From assembly GCA_030264375.1 (NCBI GenBank), contig JASCQW010000043.1:66284634-66348633 (forward strand): a stretch of DNA of 64,000 nucleotides, read 5' to 3'. Below, piece after piece: positions 37,561-50,968 of this stretch (position 1 is the stretch's first letter; every line of letters starts with the position of its first letter). The position numbers were made by a program, and so were the translations under genes. The notes under the pieces were generated by a model. The model was not told the origin of the DNA and ran no database searches. It saw nothing but the letters and a program-made list of their open reading frames with translations. The DNA is from Carcharhinus longimanus. Its lineage: Eukaryota.

Positions 37561-38493
37561 CTGGATGTGTTTTTTTTTTAACCCATCAAAAAAACTGCTA
37601 CTTGCCGGCAGAATTCTTGTTGTTTGCCCCTTGTCCATGTTTGGTTCGACCTTCATTTTCTCATCTCCTCAGTCACCCGCCTGTCCATTGAGTTTAATCT
37701 TTTGCACTTACAGCTTGGTTTGTTGTTTCACAAACCCCAGCGTTAGGTGTCTGTGCCGCCTTGGAGCAAAGCTATGTGGACATCCTTCCCTCTTCATCTT
37801 GAAGCTGAGGTTTCTGGTGCTTTGCCAGTTCTTTTTTATATGATATGCCCAATTACATTGTCAAATAATTAGTTCCTAAAGCACATCCAACATCAATCTA
37901 CATCAAACTAAATTACTTACACAGGTTCTCCATTTATGTGTTACAAAATCTTCTTGTATATTCGTGCTAACAATGATTTTTATGAATCCTTCAGATAAGA
38001 AATAACTGAATAGAATTTTAACAATCACAATGTACATTTTACATAACGAATAGCAAATGGATCCAAGTCAAAGTAAAAGATGCAAAGACATAATTTTATG
38101 GCACAGTATATTGTGTCAAATCTTGAAATTGGATTTTGTTCCTGGATAAGAAGCTCACACATGTACTCATAACATTCCATTGTTCCAACATTTCCAATTC
38201 ATTATCGACTGCCGGAATCTTTAAAATGCCAAGGTCCTATGTTCTTAAATCCCTACCAAAGGCTTTATCCTGTAAAGTTTAGCATAACCTATCCAGTTCT
38301 TGTACGGCTCAAGGTACCGAAAGCTTGAAGGCGATTAAATGCAATGGTCCAGAAGGCAAGGTGCTGTCGGGTTTTGCACTGAATCTGCCACCTCTGGATC
38401 AGGCAGAGGTGAGTTGACAATGTAGCCTGCTCGAATGAGCCAGCAACATGCTTTTGTTCTTGGCAATTGTATGGGTCAAACCTTTTAAAGTTT

Positions 38494-38775
38494 TAAAGTT
38501 TATTTATTAGTCACAAGTAAGGCTTGCAATAATACTGCAATGAAGTTACTGTGAAATTCCCCTCGTCGCCACACTCCGACGCCTGTTCGGATCAATGCAC
38601 CTAGCCAGTACATCTTTCAGACTGTGGGAGGAAACTGGAACACCCAGAGGAAACCCATGCAGACAAGGAGAGAACATGCAAACTCCACACGGACAGTGAC
38701 CCAAATTAGGATTCAAAGCCAGATCCCTAGTGCTGTGAGGCAGCAGTGCTAACCACTCTGCCATAGTGCTGCCCA
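38494..38775 (-). mobile_element. HE1-type SINE with alternative tail
   Basis: aagtttatttattagtcacaagtaaggctt...gtgaggcagcagtgctaaccact. Confidence 0.88.
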
Positions 38776-38779
38776 TAAT

Positions 38780-39372
38780 ATGGTATAATGCGTGATGAGT
38801 ATAATGTGGGAAAATGTGAAGTTGTTCATTCTGGAATGGAGAACAAAAGAACTGTATTATTTAACTGGAGAAAAACTGCAGAAAGCTGCAACACAAAGGG
38901 AGTTGGAGTTACTCGTGCATGAAACACAGAATGTTAGCACACAGGTGCAACAGGTAATCTGGAAGGCTAATGCAATGTTAGCCTTTATTGCAAGGGGGTG
39001 ACTTGATTGAAACTTTCAGGATCATGAGGAGTATTAACAGGTTGAATGTGGAGAATCTATTGTCAGCAAATCTAGAACTGTGGGTCGCTGTAAAAAGAAA
39101 GGGTTGCTCATTTAAGAATTATTTTCTTTCAAAGTGTCGTGAGTCTCTGGAACGCTTTTCCTCAAAAGGCAGTGGAAGCAGGGTCTTTGAGTATTGTTAA
39201 GGCAGAGTTAGATAGCTTCTTGATTAACAAGGTAGATAGATTCTCGATTAACAAGGGGACACAAGGTTATAGAAGGTAGGCAGGAATGTGGGATTGAGGT
39301 TACAATCAGATCAGCCACAGTTTTACTGAATGATGGAGCAGGCCTTTCCTGCTCCTAATTAGTATGTTCATA
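38780..39372 (+). mobile_element. CR1 LINE RT 3' fragment with an internal deletion
   Basis: YYLTGEKLQKAATQREL..LVHETQNVSTQVQQVI.KAN.MLAFIARG joined directly to GDLIETFRIM. Confidence 0.8.
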
Positions 39373-39374
39373 CA

Positions 39375-39691
39375 TAAACCTCAGGAGCTAAGAATTATTT
39401 TGGAGTGATTTTGAGAGAACTAAACATCTCCTTAAAAAATGACAGCATAAGTAAATCTTTATTTTTTATTTCTTTAAATCTAATTGTTTTCGGTTTTGTT
39501 GAAAGTTCTGTTTTGTAGTTTAAAATATTTGTCAAAACAAATAGTGCTTTATTTTTGTACTTCTAGCCTGTTAGTCTGTTAGTTCCAGAAAACATCTTAA
39601 AAATGGAATCTCATTATGAAACCCATTCAGCTATTGATTGGGAGTTCACATTTCTTTTCAAAAGTTATCAGTCTCTACAGGGATCATAACA
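39375..39691 (+). mobile_element. LTR-like 3' fragment
   Basis: T-rich segment ending atcagtctctacagggatcataaCA. Confidence 0.3.
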
Positions 39692-39709
39692 ACATCCAAT
39701 CTGCTATAG

Positions 39710-40139
39710 CAGAGTTTCCTAAACTTCTCGAGCCACAGAACCCCTAGTGATCTCTCAAGAGCATCAAGAAATCCCAAGCGTTCTCATAATGTTGACACCC
39801 CTTTTTTGGTGGGAAATAGAATTCACAGAAAACAAATGTAAATCAGTCTTTCCTAGCTATATCTATGCATATATTAGGAAGGGGCACACAGTCACAAATA
39901 CATTTGCCAACTATGCAGCCCCATTCACGCTGCTCCTGGCCAAGCGACCCCTCCCATTGCTCTTTAACATTAACCACGGAAGTAGTATCCACTTTAGGAG
40001 TAGGTAATCTAAAAAAGTTCTCTTCTTAAAAAAAATTAAGTCCTATCTTTTGACATTTTTAATGGGAGGAGTGATTCGGGGAAGCTGATACTTATATCAG
40101 CCACATGCACCACTCCCTCTCTCCCTCACACATGCTCAC

Positions 40140-40175
<36 letters not shown>

Positions 40176-40273
40176 GACTTTCTCACAGTCACCCTCCCTC
40201 ACACGATCATCCCCCACTCTCACACACTTAATTCCCACTCGAGTGAATGCTGATCCCGGTTTGGGAAAACCTG
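39710..40273. mobile_element. hAT (Charlie/Tip100-like) non-autonomous element containing a (CA)n microsatellite
   Basis: TIRs CAGAGTTTCCTAAACT / GGTTTGGGAAAACCTG (12/16 match). The 8-bp TSD is not preserved. Confidence 0.45.
40143..40172. repeat. (AC)n microsatellite
   Basis: 15 perfect AC units. Confidence 0.95.
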
Positions 40274-41204
40274 TATTACCATGTTCAGATTCCAGAAGAG
40301 GTTCTTGCTAATTAAGTTTCATTTAGATTTGTCAGCTAGATGCACTGCAAATATAATGAGCACGATATTACCTGCCATTCATGCCACGCTCCCACTACAG
40401 CAAATTTGAAGAATTTGGTGACCAGACAAATCTCCGTTCACTGTGGCGAGATGAGAAAATCCCACCGATGTGAACGATGATAAGATCCCGTACAACATAC
40501 TTACTTTAAAATATCTGAACCCCTTTATATATTCCAGCATTGAAACGAATTTAGAAACTTCTTTATCTCCTTTTCCCCTCAAACTTTAAAAGGCCTTTAG
40601 AAAATGCTACACATATCCCTGAAAGGATAACTACGTCGTCAGTTATTTGTACTTTTTCTGAACAGGCAACATAATTGCTTGCACATTAATTCCATTTGAT
40701 TGAGTTTATTTATTTGCTTACTGCTTTTTAAAGAACATTGAAAGATTTGTTTGTGCAGAATTATTTATATTGACCTGAAGTTAACAAATACAATATTAGG
40801 AGGAGAATTCTGTCCTTGTTGTTTATGGGAATTTGAGTGGGGAATGCTTCCACCTTGGAACTAAAATGGGAGGCCCGATCTACTTTAATGTTTAATGAGT
40901 CACCCTCATTAATATCCCATTCTCCAACACCCTACCCAAAACAAGTGTTTGGAGGCAGCTGGACACTTTTAGATTTTTGAAGCATGGGTAGCCTTGAGGG
41001 AGGGATTTCATGGTGGGAATTGTGGTGGTGTTGGGGAGGAGCTGGGCTGGCAATGGCTAAAACTTAATCTGTAGGATCCAGAGGAACAGAAATGCCTTTG
41101 CTGAGTCTTTACCAAATTAATGGTTGAGCTTAAGCAGAAATATAAAGGGAAGGAGGAGTTGTGAGGCATTTTACTGGGCTGCTTTGGGGCTTACTCCCCC
41201 TCCG

Positions 41205-41705
41205 TTCATAGGCTATAAGTATTGCTGACAAGGCTAGTATTTGATGCTCATCTCTAATTGCCATTGAGAAGCTGGTGGTGAGTCACTTTTTTGAAACGTC
41301 TCAGTCCATCTAGTGTAGTTGTGTCTACAGCACTGTTAGAAAGGAAATTCCAGGATATTTATACAGTTATAGTGAAGGAATATCAATATAGTTCCAAGTC
41401 AGGCTTGGTGTGGCTTGGTGGGGAGCTTGCAAGGTGGTGGTGTTGCCATGCATTTGATACTCTTGTCCTAGGTGGCAAAGGTCAAGGGTTTCAAAGGTGC
41501 TTCCAAAGGAAGCTGAGTGTGTTGCTTTTGTGCATCTTGTGCATGGTACATAATGCTGCCACTGTGCACCATAGTGGAAGGAGTGAATGTCTAAATGATG
41601 GATCAGGCAGCGATCAAACAGACCTTTGCTCTGAAAGATGTTAAACTTCTTGAGTGTTGTTGGAACAGTGTTCATCCAGGTGAATAATGAGTATTCCATT
41701 AAGCC
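41205..41705 (-). mobile_element. CR1/L2-group LINE 3' fragment
   Basis: MEYSLFTWMNTVPTTLKKFNIFQ; same family as 36620-37560. Confidence 0.75.
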
Positions 41706-43589
41706 TATTACAATCTCAATAGTGATCAATAACTTTTTTTAAGTGGACAAAATTCAAAACCCTGGGTGGGTGGACAGGTTTGAAATAGATACCTATTCCA
41801 GATTTTTTATGTTTTAACCTCTCATCCAATTTCAATGCATCCATTTTGGTGGAAGCAAGATGCAAGCAATTAGTCTCCTGTATTATAACTCATGATTGTG
41901 TTTGTACTGCATTATTACTTGCAACATTTAGACAATAACAAATAGAAAAGGTTGAAAGGTTAAACTTTAGTTCTTTCGATTACAGGCTAACTGTTCTGGA
42001 ATCATGTTCTGGTCATACAGCTTCATAAATACTTTATCATGGAACAGAATGATATGTATCTGATTGCTCACAAGTGGGGAACTTCAGGAAACTCATTTAT
42101 ATTTGAGGTTAAGTAGATACTTGTGTTGGAACAGAAACCATTTGCACTTACTGCAAGCAATAAAATAACAACATAGACTAATCTTTCTTTTGAACCATCA
42201 TGGGCCTGGCTTTGTGTTTTCTCTGCTTATCTACACTGCTAATCTAGCCAGACAGAAATCTTAAAAAACAAAAATAAAATCTTTTTAAGAGATCTGCCAC
42301 AGTCCCTTTAAGATCTCTTAATGCTTAAGTGGAGGAAATGGAAGAACCATGTATTACATATTATGTATAGGACCCCCAGCTTGAATATTGTAACAGCTTA
42401 TTGCCTGTTTTGGGTGGGTTTGTCGTGCACACATTTGAACTGCATGCAAATGTTTCCACCAGACTTTGAATTCCCAGTCATTCGTTTTCCCACCGGCTGA
42501 TGGGCAACTGAAAAATTAAGAATGTATATTTGGACAAATGAAGATTTTTTATCATCAAATATCTGGATTATGATAATGCAAATATTTGACCAGAGTAAAA
42601 TTAATGAAAGCTGAGGAGGCATAGTTCATTCAATTCTGAAAATACGATGGACAGCTTAATCAGAATTCTGAAAAGTGAATGGTTATGCAAATATTTAGAA
42701 ATTGACAAATGATTGATTTGTTAATTATGGAGCTGACATAAGAATATAATAGGTAACTATTGGACCTATAGGACTTCAATATAAAAAGGACATACAATAT
42801 ATAAAGCAGATTTATCCAAGTTACCGTTATTGTTAGGATTACTTGAAGTGCCTTATGTTATATATTTTGGGTTGCTGTTGTGTTGTGGTGATCCCAGTCA
42901 CGTGTATTGTTTGTGCAAGCAGTGACGGCTGGAGGGAGGGAAGGGAATCTATGTTCGAGGTTGGGGGGTTGCCGGCACAGACCGTTAGCAGGTGCAGCTG
43001 GGAGGTAGAAATGCCGACTTTGATGGGGTGATGGAGGTGGGGTGGGGGGAGCATAGTTGAAGGCGAGTGTCAGTTCCAATCAGAAGGGGATAGAGGGTGA
43101 ATGCTGTCTTTGATCAGGGGGCTTTAGGGGTGAATGCCATCTCCAACTGGGTGTGGGGACATAATGCGAATGCCAGCTCCAATCAAGGCATGGTGGGGAA
43201 TAGGGGTTTGTGGGGGTAGTGCAGGGTGCTGCCACTAACTGTTGAGGGTGAATGCCGACTCCAATTGGAGATGGGTGAATGCTGCCTCTAATCATGGGGC
43301 AAAGGGGTTGGGGGAGAACCTGAGACCCCCATGGTGGGGGGTTATGGGGAGGTTACTTTTTGCTTTGATTGGGGCACGCTTTAAACATGGCACCGCAATC
43401 TCACTGCATCTGAGCTTTGATGACGTGCTGAGGTCCCATCCCTATATGATGGTGTGAGATACGGCTAGCTGTTTTTTTTGTGACAGCATGTTGTAAGATC
43501 TGGAGAGAAAATCAATTGGCGTTTTTCTTGCTGGAACTAATACTCTGCCACTTTTTCGTAAGGTTCCCCCCCCTCAATCTTAGCTAACA

Positions 43590-44150
43590 AGACTCTTGAT
43601 GATATAGTCTCGACTTTACTACTACTGAAGAGAAAGCTGAGAACTACATTTGACTTATTATTACTGCAGGAGACATCCGAGATAGCAGAACATAACCAGC
43701 ATTCACAAATCTTAAGAGAGAAAGTTATTGCAAAAGATACTTGTTTCAACAAGGAGAGCATGTTTTGGCACGCAGCTATACCACAAATGAAAAGTGTGTT
43801 CCTGAAACTATATTAGCTCAAACTGGCTCTATATCTTTTAAAGTCCAAACTGAAGATGAACCAGTGTGAAGACAACATGCAAATCAATTGTTGGCTACAC
43901 GCATTAATGTGCCGTTATTATGTACACCAGAAGTACCTCAGGATGAACTGCCATTCACACCACCAGATACTGTGACTGCAACTCCTGGTCAATCAGCAGA
44001 AACCAAGATTGCAGAAATATCCCTTGCTGCAACAAGTCTTCCTTCTGCAAAAGAGACTGTTACGCCTTCCAGGGTAGAGACATCCTCTGAAGATCTGGAG
44101 AGTATCTCTAAGGTCAAGACAACCAAATCCCTGAATTGCACATGCAACAA
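43590..44150 (+). mobile_element. Gypsy pol 3' fragment (integrase C-terminal region)
   Basis: Fragments LLLKRKLRTTFDLL, VLARSYTTNEK and TGSI..KVQTEDEPV*RQHANQLL match the Gypsy integrase-end pattern (TGPVSY.V......WRRH.DQL), followed by a Pro/Thr-rich tail. Confidence 0.6.
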
Positions 44151-44539
44151 GTGAGGAACAGACATCCATCAGTGAATTTGCATATGAGCAGTGGGAGACA
44201 ACATGGTCTAAGTGGGACACAACCAGAGTGAGTGTGGGTATCAAGAATTTGGAACACAGTGGCAATTGTGTTCTGAGGGGAAGAGGTGCTTTTTGCATTT
44301 TTTCTTTGCTTTCTTGCTTCTTAAATCTTCAGAGACTGGTCTTGCTTTGCTGCAGTAGTAGAAGCCTCAAGGGAGAGAACTGATTTGGTAAGTAGTGGAT
44401 AAGGTCTGGTAAGTATTTACCACTTTTATTACTTATAGTTTGTAAAATCTGTTTTGTGATTTATTGTTTGCATATCATGTAATAATGAGGATCGGAGAAG
44501 AACGGCCCTCAAGTAATTAATATAAATGTTTAATTTAAA

Positions 44540-44940
44540 GTGATAATTCAAGGCAGGAGAGCTCAAAGCTGCAATGTGCTCCTCATGCTCCATGTGGGTA
44601 CCCAGAAACATTTCCAGTGTCTGGGGACAGCACGTGTGTCAAAAGTATCTCCAGCTGCAGCTCCTGAAAGCTTGGGTTTCAAAGCTGGAATGTTGGTTGT
44701 GGAGCATCCATGAAGCTAAGAATATCAAGGATTGTACATACAGAGAGATGGTCACAACACAGGCTAAGAGTCCACAGGCAGAAAGAGAATGGGTGACCAC
44801 TAGGCAAAGTAAGAAGATTAGGTAGGCAATGCAGGAACCCTCCTGTGGCCATTCCCCTGCAGAATAAAGATACCACTTTGGATACGCTTTGGGAGAATGA
44901 AGTGAGTGAAGCCCTTTACAGCTCTTGGCCAGAAATAAAG
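44540..44940 (+). mobile_element. CR1 ORF1 5' fragment (zinc finger/leucine zipper)
   Basis: CSSCSMW...HVCQKYLQLQLLKAWVSKLE...WVT...IPLQN. Confidence 0.7.
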
Positions 44941-45496
44941 TTTGGTTGTGCCATGAGAAAGTCATTGAAGAAAAGACACTTGGAAGTGGAGATAATACTG
45001 AAGGCCTTCCCAGTGCCAGATCCCTTGATTGGGCAGGCAGATTCTATAGGGTTTGATGCAAGGCCTTTGAGAGTTAGGGAAAACTACAAGAGTTCAAGCA
45101 ATTCCCTGAACTACCACTAAATTCTGGTGGACTTAGAGATAATTGGCTTTAATTGACAAACTAATGAGCCTAATTGACTTTCTGCTGCTGTCAGGTGGGA
45201 TTTCCACATTAGGCCTTTAAGTTGGGGGCAATATTCCTGGCATGAGGAAACCCACGCAGGCACTCTCATCTGATTGTCTTGCCTCCTTATCCCCCTCAGT
45301 TAAAATGCTAGCAACAGCAGACTCCACTAAATCCAGCACACCATTTCAGTCTGTAGCAAAAGTTCTGACCTAAAATATAATACACTTTGTTTTTCCTCTC
45401 TGCAGATGCTGCCAGCCTGCTGTGTCTTTCCAGTATTTTTTGTTTTTTGTTCCTTATTTCCAGCATTTGCAGTATTTTGCTTTCCGACTGAGGATT

Positions 45497-46119
45497 GCAC
45501 GGTGGCATAATGTTTAGTGCTGCTGCCTCACAGTGCCACAGTCTCAGATACAATTCCAGCCTCAGGTCACTGTCTGTGTGGAGTTTGCATGATTTCCCCA
45601 TGTCTGCATGGGTTTCCTCTGGGTGCTCTGGTTTCCTCCTGCAGTCCAAAGATGTGCAGGTTAGGTTGATTGGCCGTGCTAAGTTGACCCGAGTGTCGGG
45701 GGAATCGCAGGGTAAAATCACAGAATCCTACAGTTCAGTAGGAGGCCATTTGGCCCATCGAGTCTGCGCTGACCACAATTCCACCCAGACCCTTTCCCCT
45801 TAACCTCATGTATTTACGTTAGCTAGTACCCCTAACACTCAGGAGCAATTTAGCATGGCAAATCCACCTAACCTGCACATCTTTGGACTGTGGGGGGAAA
45901 CTGGAGCACCAGGAAGAAACAAACATAGGCACAGGGAGAATGTGCAAACTCCACATAGACAGTGACCCAAGCTGAGAATTGAACCCGAGCCCCTGGTGCT
46001 GTGAGGCAGCAGTGCTAACCACTGTATCGTGGTGTGGGCATAGGGTCTGGCTGGGATTGTGGTTGGTGCAGACGTGATGGGCTGAATGGCCTTCTCCTGT
46101 ACTGTAGGGATTCTATGAT
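45497..46119. mobile_element. Nested SINEs: minus-strand HE1 (45718-46025) inserted into a plus-strand HE1 (45497-45717 + 46026-46119)
   Basis: The plus copy breaks at gggtaaa and resumes after the inverted copy with ggcatagggtctggctgggattgtgg...ctgtagggattctatga. Confidence 0.85.
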
Positions 46120-48259
46120 TAATCTTACAAGCAGGGGAATTAGCTTAGCTTGAATTGTAATTGTAAACTGTAAAATGTCCGAGGTGCTCCAGTTTCCCTC
46201 CACAGTCCAAAGGAGCATTTTAAAACTCTTTAGTCAGGTGAAATAGAGCTCATGATGTGCATTGCAACAGCCCTGTTTTTATTTTGAACTGATCTGCTCA
46301 CTTTTTCCCAGTACTCACAAGTGCAACAGTTAAGAGGAAGCTTTCTCAGCCATGGCAAGTGGATTATTTTCTGTACATCATCCACTTCAAATATTTATCC
46401 CATTTAAGCAAAACATAACTAGCATTTGCTTACAGCACATTAAAACAACTTTTTGGATGCATGTACTATTTGAGATTGGAACGAAACTGCATGTAGCCAC
46501 TAGTTGTAATGCAGTAGATTACTTCAGTGACAATTTAAAGCTTGGACTTGGAGGATGAGATTGTCTAGTGGACCATAACAAATAAAAAACTGAGATTTGA
46601 TGTGCTGCGCATTTACGTACAGCAGTGGTGCGAATCAGTTTTATACTTTTACATTGGCAACTCTTTTGTCATCCATTCCTTCAAAATAAAAACATAAATT
46701 CTTGGAAGTATACCAAGGATTGGTCAATATCTTTGCATTTCCAATATTTGAACTTTTTAGAATATGTTTCCAGTATTTGTAGATTTTATATTTACCTACA
46801 AATTCCATATCTGATTTTTGATGTATATGATGGCTCTTGCAGACTTCATACAATGCTAATGTTGGAGAAAGCTGTTTCAATCATAACTAAAGGAACCGTG
46901 AATTTTAGTTATAGAAATTACTAGCCCAAAGGCCAATAGTGGTGCATGATGTTTTACTAATAAGGTGTTTCCTAATTTGTAGGCACTGTGACTGTTTGGG
47001 TTTTTTATGCACTATCTCAATGTTCAAACAGCCAGTGTCTCGATCAATCTGAAATTTTCATCCTTCATTTTTATTTTACAGAAATAATGCAGTCTGGTCT
47101 TGCAATTAATGTTGATTGTGTTAAATTATATACTTCAATTTAATAGGATTCCCATTACCTTTTCAATCTATCATTTGGTTAAAAAAATACAGTAGATAAT
47201 AAACCACTAATAAAATGCATTTACATTTAAATTATAAACTGAATAAGAGATATTAGGCAATAATAATGTAGTACAGGTGACATTTTAGAATACATACAAC
47301 CAAATACAGTTGCTCAGTCAACTCCTTCTTATGATCTAAGAATTATATATTCTCTTGCCCTGTTCCTCATTAGAGAGTTATATGTTAATTATATAAACTA
47401 ATCAATCATGCAGACTCTAGGTTAAACACGTTTTAGAAATCCATTAAAATTCCTTACCAGATTCTGCACCGGCAGGTTAAATTTATACTCCAATTTTTCT
47501 TTCATGTGGGATTCACATGATTTTTTTTACAGAAATGTCACCAAGTGACATAATGATTGCATTCAAAACACAGTTGCCAAATTGCTAATCAGATGAAGTT
47601 AATTCAAAATGAATAGTAATTTTGGAAATATTTCATGTTTCTGACGGACTGAATTATATGAACATTGCAAGCACACATCCTTAACACTGCTTCTATGACA
47701 TAGAACCTGACTGTTTTTGAACACACTGACCAGCTATCATTGGCATGAAATGAATGAATAAAATGTATTTGCATAATTATATATGACGCTTTACAAGCTG
47801 ATGATAATAACTCTTGATTCTGAATTTGATGGAAAGAATTGATTTATAGAATCCTAGTCTGCTATCAATGGAACTGGCAATTACACTTAGTGGTTTAACC
47901 TAACTAATCTTATTCACATGACTAACCTTTCTTTGAAATAGAGAAATGTAATGAACTTTTTAACCTTTCCTTGGCAAAATTTTGCCAGTGATTTATTAAA
48001 AGTATCAAATTTGATTTATTTCAGAGTTCTTGCACTTCAGCTAGATTGCTAGACAATGGTTCATAGACAAGCTAGTTGCTGATTTTGACACTTGGCCTTA
48101 TAATCTGCCTTTAATGAATTGCAGAGTAGCATCACCAGAAGGGAAGTATGCTGTATGATCCAGTCTTAGCTTCACTTTTGTTTCTTAGCACAGAAAACAC
48201 ACACAGCTCTGCTGCTGATGTCTTCAACTTTCTACCTTTGTATAAGTATTCCCTTTTGT

Positions 48260-48528
48260 GGCTAGGTGGCACAGTGGTTAGCACTGCGGTCTCACAGTGC
48301 CAGGGAGCAGGATTCAATTCTTGGCTTGGGTGACTGTGTGGAATTTGCACGCTCCGCCTGTGTCTGCATGGGTTTCCTCTGGGTGCTCTGGATTCCTCCC
48401 ACAGTCCGAAAGACGTGCTAGTTAGATGCGTTGGCCAATGGGTGCTGGAGTGTGGCGACAAGGGGATTTTCACAGTAGCTTCATTGAAGTGTTAATGTAA
48501 GTCTACTTGTACACTAATGAATAAATGT
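48260..48528 (+). mobile_element. HE1-type SINE with alternative tail
   Basis: Head, V-domain and tail gtgtggcgacaaggggattttcacagtagcttcattg. Confidence 0.88.
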
Positions 48529-49104
48529 TTTATTCCACGTGTGTAGTCTAAATAAATAAATTCTCAATGCATTTACCAAATCCTTTATAAATGAATAGTC
48601 CCTATATAAGTATAATAGCACAACATGACGCTCAGCAGTGGTGAAACAGGTGGCTGCAAGATTAAATACAGGATCAACATGGTGAACATGTGTTACATGG
48701 CATGAGGAAACCCTAGATGCCTTGGTCTGACCATTACAAGGTCAAAGTGTTGGGAAGTGTTGCAAACAGAGCATGTTGACTGCACAGAAAAGTTTGGAAG
48801 ACATAGAGAGATAGTGCTCAGATAAAGAACTAGTTAACAGACAGATCCCTCATAGTAAGATTGCAACAAATAGCCTATCAGTTCAGTGAGTGGAACAGCG
48901 TGGCGAGAGGACCAGCAATGGGTCCGCTTAGTCAGAAAAGGTGATTGTCCTGGGTTTGGGCAGAATCATTAACAAGTGAGGGAGAGTCAAACAAAGGATA
49001 TTTAAAACCTCATTTAAATCAAGCCAGAGGGGGGAGCAATTATAACAGATGGAACTTTGGAAAAGCGCATGAATGGGACTATACTTGTCCAAGGTGCTAC
49101 AAGA

Positions 49105-50968
49105 GAAGATCAAAGGAGTATTGTCAGAGCATCCACTAAATTCCCAAGTTTGAATTGGAATGCAGCTGATCTGCTATCCAAATTCAAAATGTTTAAACAA
49201 CATACAGAGTTATTGTTTCTTGATTTAAGTGTCTGAACTAGACAAGCAAGCCATAACAATGTGCCCAGTAACTTGGAATGAAAGTCTGCACTGCTTGAAC
49301 ACTTCATGATTAACAGAAGAAGAGCGGAAGAATCCCCAAAAGATATGAGATGGAATTCTCCGGCTGCGCTGGTCCAAAAGCTGGAAATTTTTGCCCGAAC
49401 GTTAATGGCGTTTCACATTCTCTGCAACCCGCCTGCTAAAATTCCAGTGGCGGATGGGATGGGAGAATCACCCCCATGAATTTTATTGGTAGGCAGTTCA
49501 AAATCAGGTTAAATTTTCATATTCATCAATTAGAGATCATATAATTTCCACAGCCTATAGAATCCATAGATTTCTCCATCATTAGATACAGAGAAAAATG
49601 TATATACCGTGATTTTTCAAATGCAGAACTATCAGACAGAATTGTTCAGTTCTGCATTTGAAAAATCACAGTATGGAACACCCATGGAAGTGTTCCATAA
49701 AGATCTACTGGACAAACCCAAAATGTGTAGCATTGAAGAGTTACTCAAAGATGAATGTAGGTACAAAGTGGACCTCGTAGGTCCTAAGTACAACTCCAAT
49801 TGTTGACGCACTTACTAGAAAACCCAACTTGGCAAAACCTGTAGAAAGTGTGGCCTTCTCCATGTACCAAGGAAATGCCCAGTTTCCATCAATTCTGCAG
49901 AAAAGGCCATTGGCAGTAGTACAATACAGCAAAGGCTGCTGCATCTACAAAGAGTTCTGTGCTGATTCAAACACACCGTACAAAATGAATACCTTTAGGA
50001 AAAAGAATGACCATTGGTATCCTGTCAGAAACAAATACACGTGATGCTGGACAAACAAAAGCATGATAATGATTTCCACAATGAGACAAAGAGCAGTAAA
50101 CATACGTTAAGCACTGTCAATCTTGTGGAAAATGCAAATGCCACCACAGTATATGAGATGTTTGCCAAAATCCAAATGATCTGTCCTAAGAAAGTTGGCA
50201 ACTATTCAATATTGGCCAAGATTGGCACAGGAGCAAATACCAACATATTACCCCCGCAAATTCTAAAAGACATGTAAACACATATATGGAAACCGATGGC
50301 AAAATCAAATATTGCACAACTTTCAGCATACAATGGTTGACTTATTCCATGTGCAGGATCCATGGTCCTGGAACGCAAGTACAATAAATTCTCCTTGGCG
50401 TCACTGATGTTGTACATTATGAAGACTAAAGGTCTGGCATTTGCAGGTCTACTGGCATATTGTGACCCTCACTAGTGATAATCTATGGAAGCAGTCAGAC
50501 ATCACATGGCAAATCAACATCAGAAATGAACGCTATCACCCTAGCTAATGACCTAACATCAACATTTCCAGAACGTTTCAACAAAATTGGCAGGTTCAAG
50601 AAAGCTGAAACATTATACTTGCAGTAGAATGTAAATCCATTCAGTGATCCACCACATAATTACAGCATATACTTACAAGACAAATTGAAGATTGAACTAG
50701 AATAAATGGAAAAAGACAGAATTGTTAGAAGTGTGCTGGAGCACACAGTTTGGTGCAGCTCAATTACATGTACCATAAAGAAAGACAGATCATTGAGCTT
50801 TGAATGGTTATCTATACAAAACACCCATAATAAAAGCATTAAATCTGAGATTTGTAAGTGCACTTTTTTTCTCAAAACTTGATGCCAAGCATGGCTACTG
50901 ATCCCTACACCTTGCAGAGAAATATCAAGGGGTGACTATATTCCATGCCCCATTTAGACAAAATGGGT
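49105..50968 (+). mobile_element. Degenerate Ty3/Gypsy LTR retrotransposon internal region (gag-protease-RT)
   Basis: Gag-like FPSLNWNAADLLSKFKMFKQ; aspartic protease motif AKIGTGANTNILP (DTG degenerated to GTG) at ~50215; RT fragments IVRSVLEHTVWCSSIT..KKD and FFSKLDAKHGY. Many stops and frameshifts. Confidence 0.75.
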
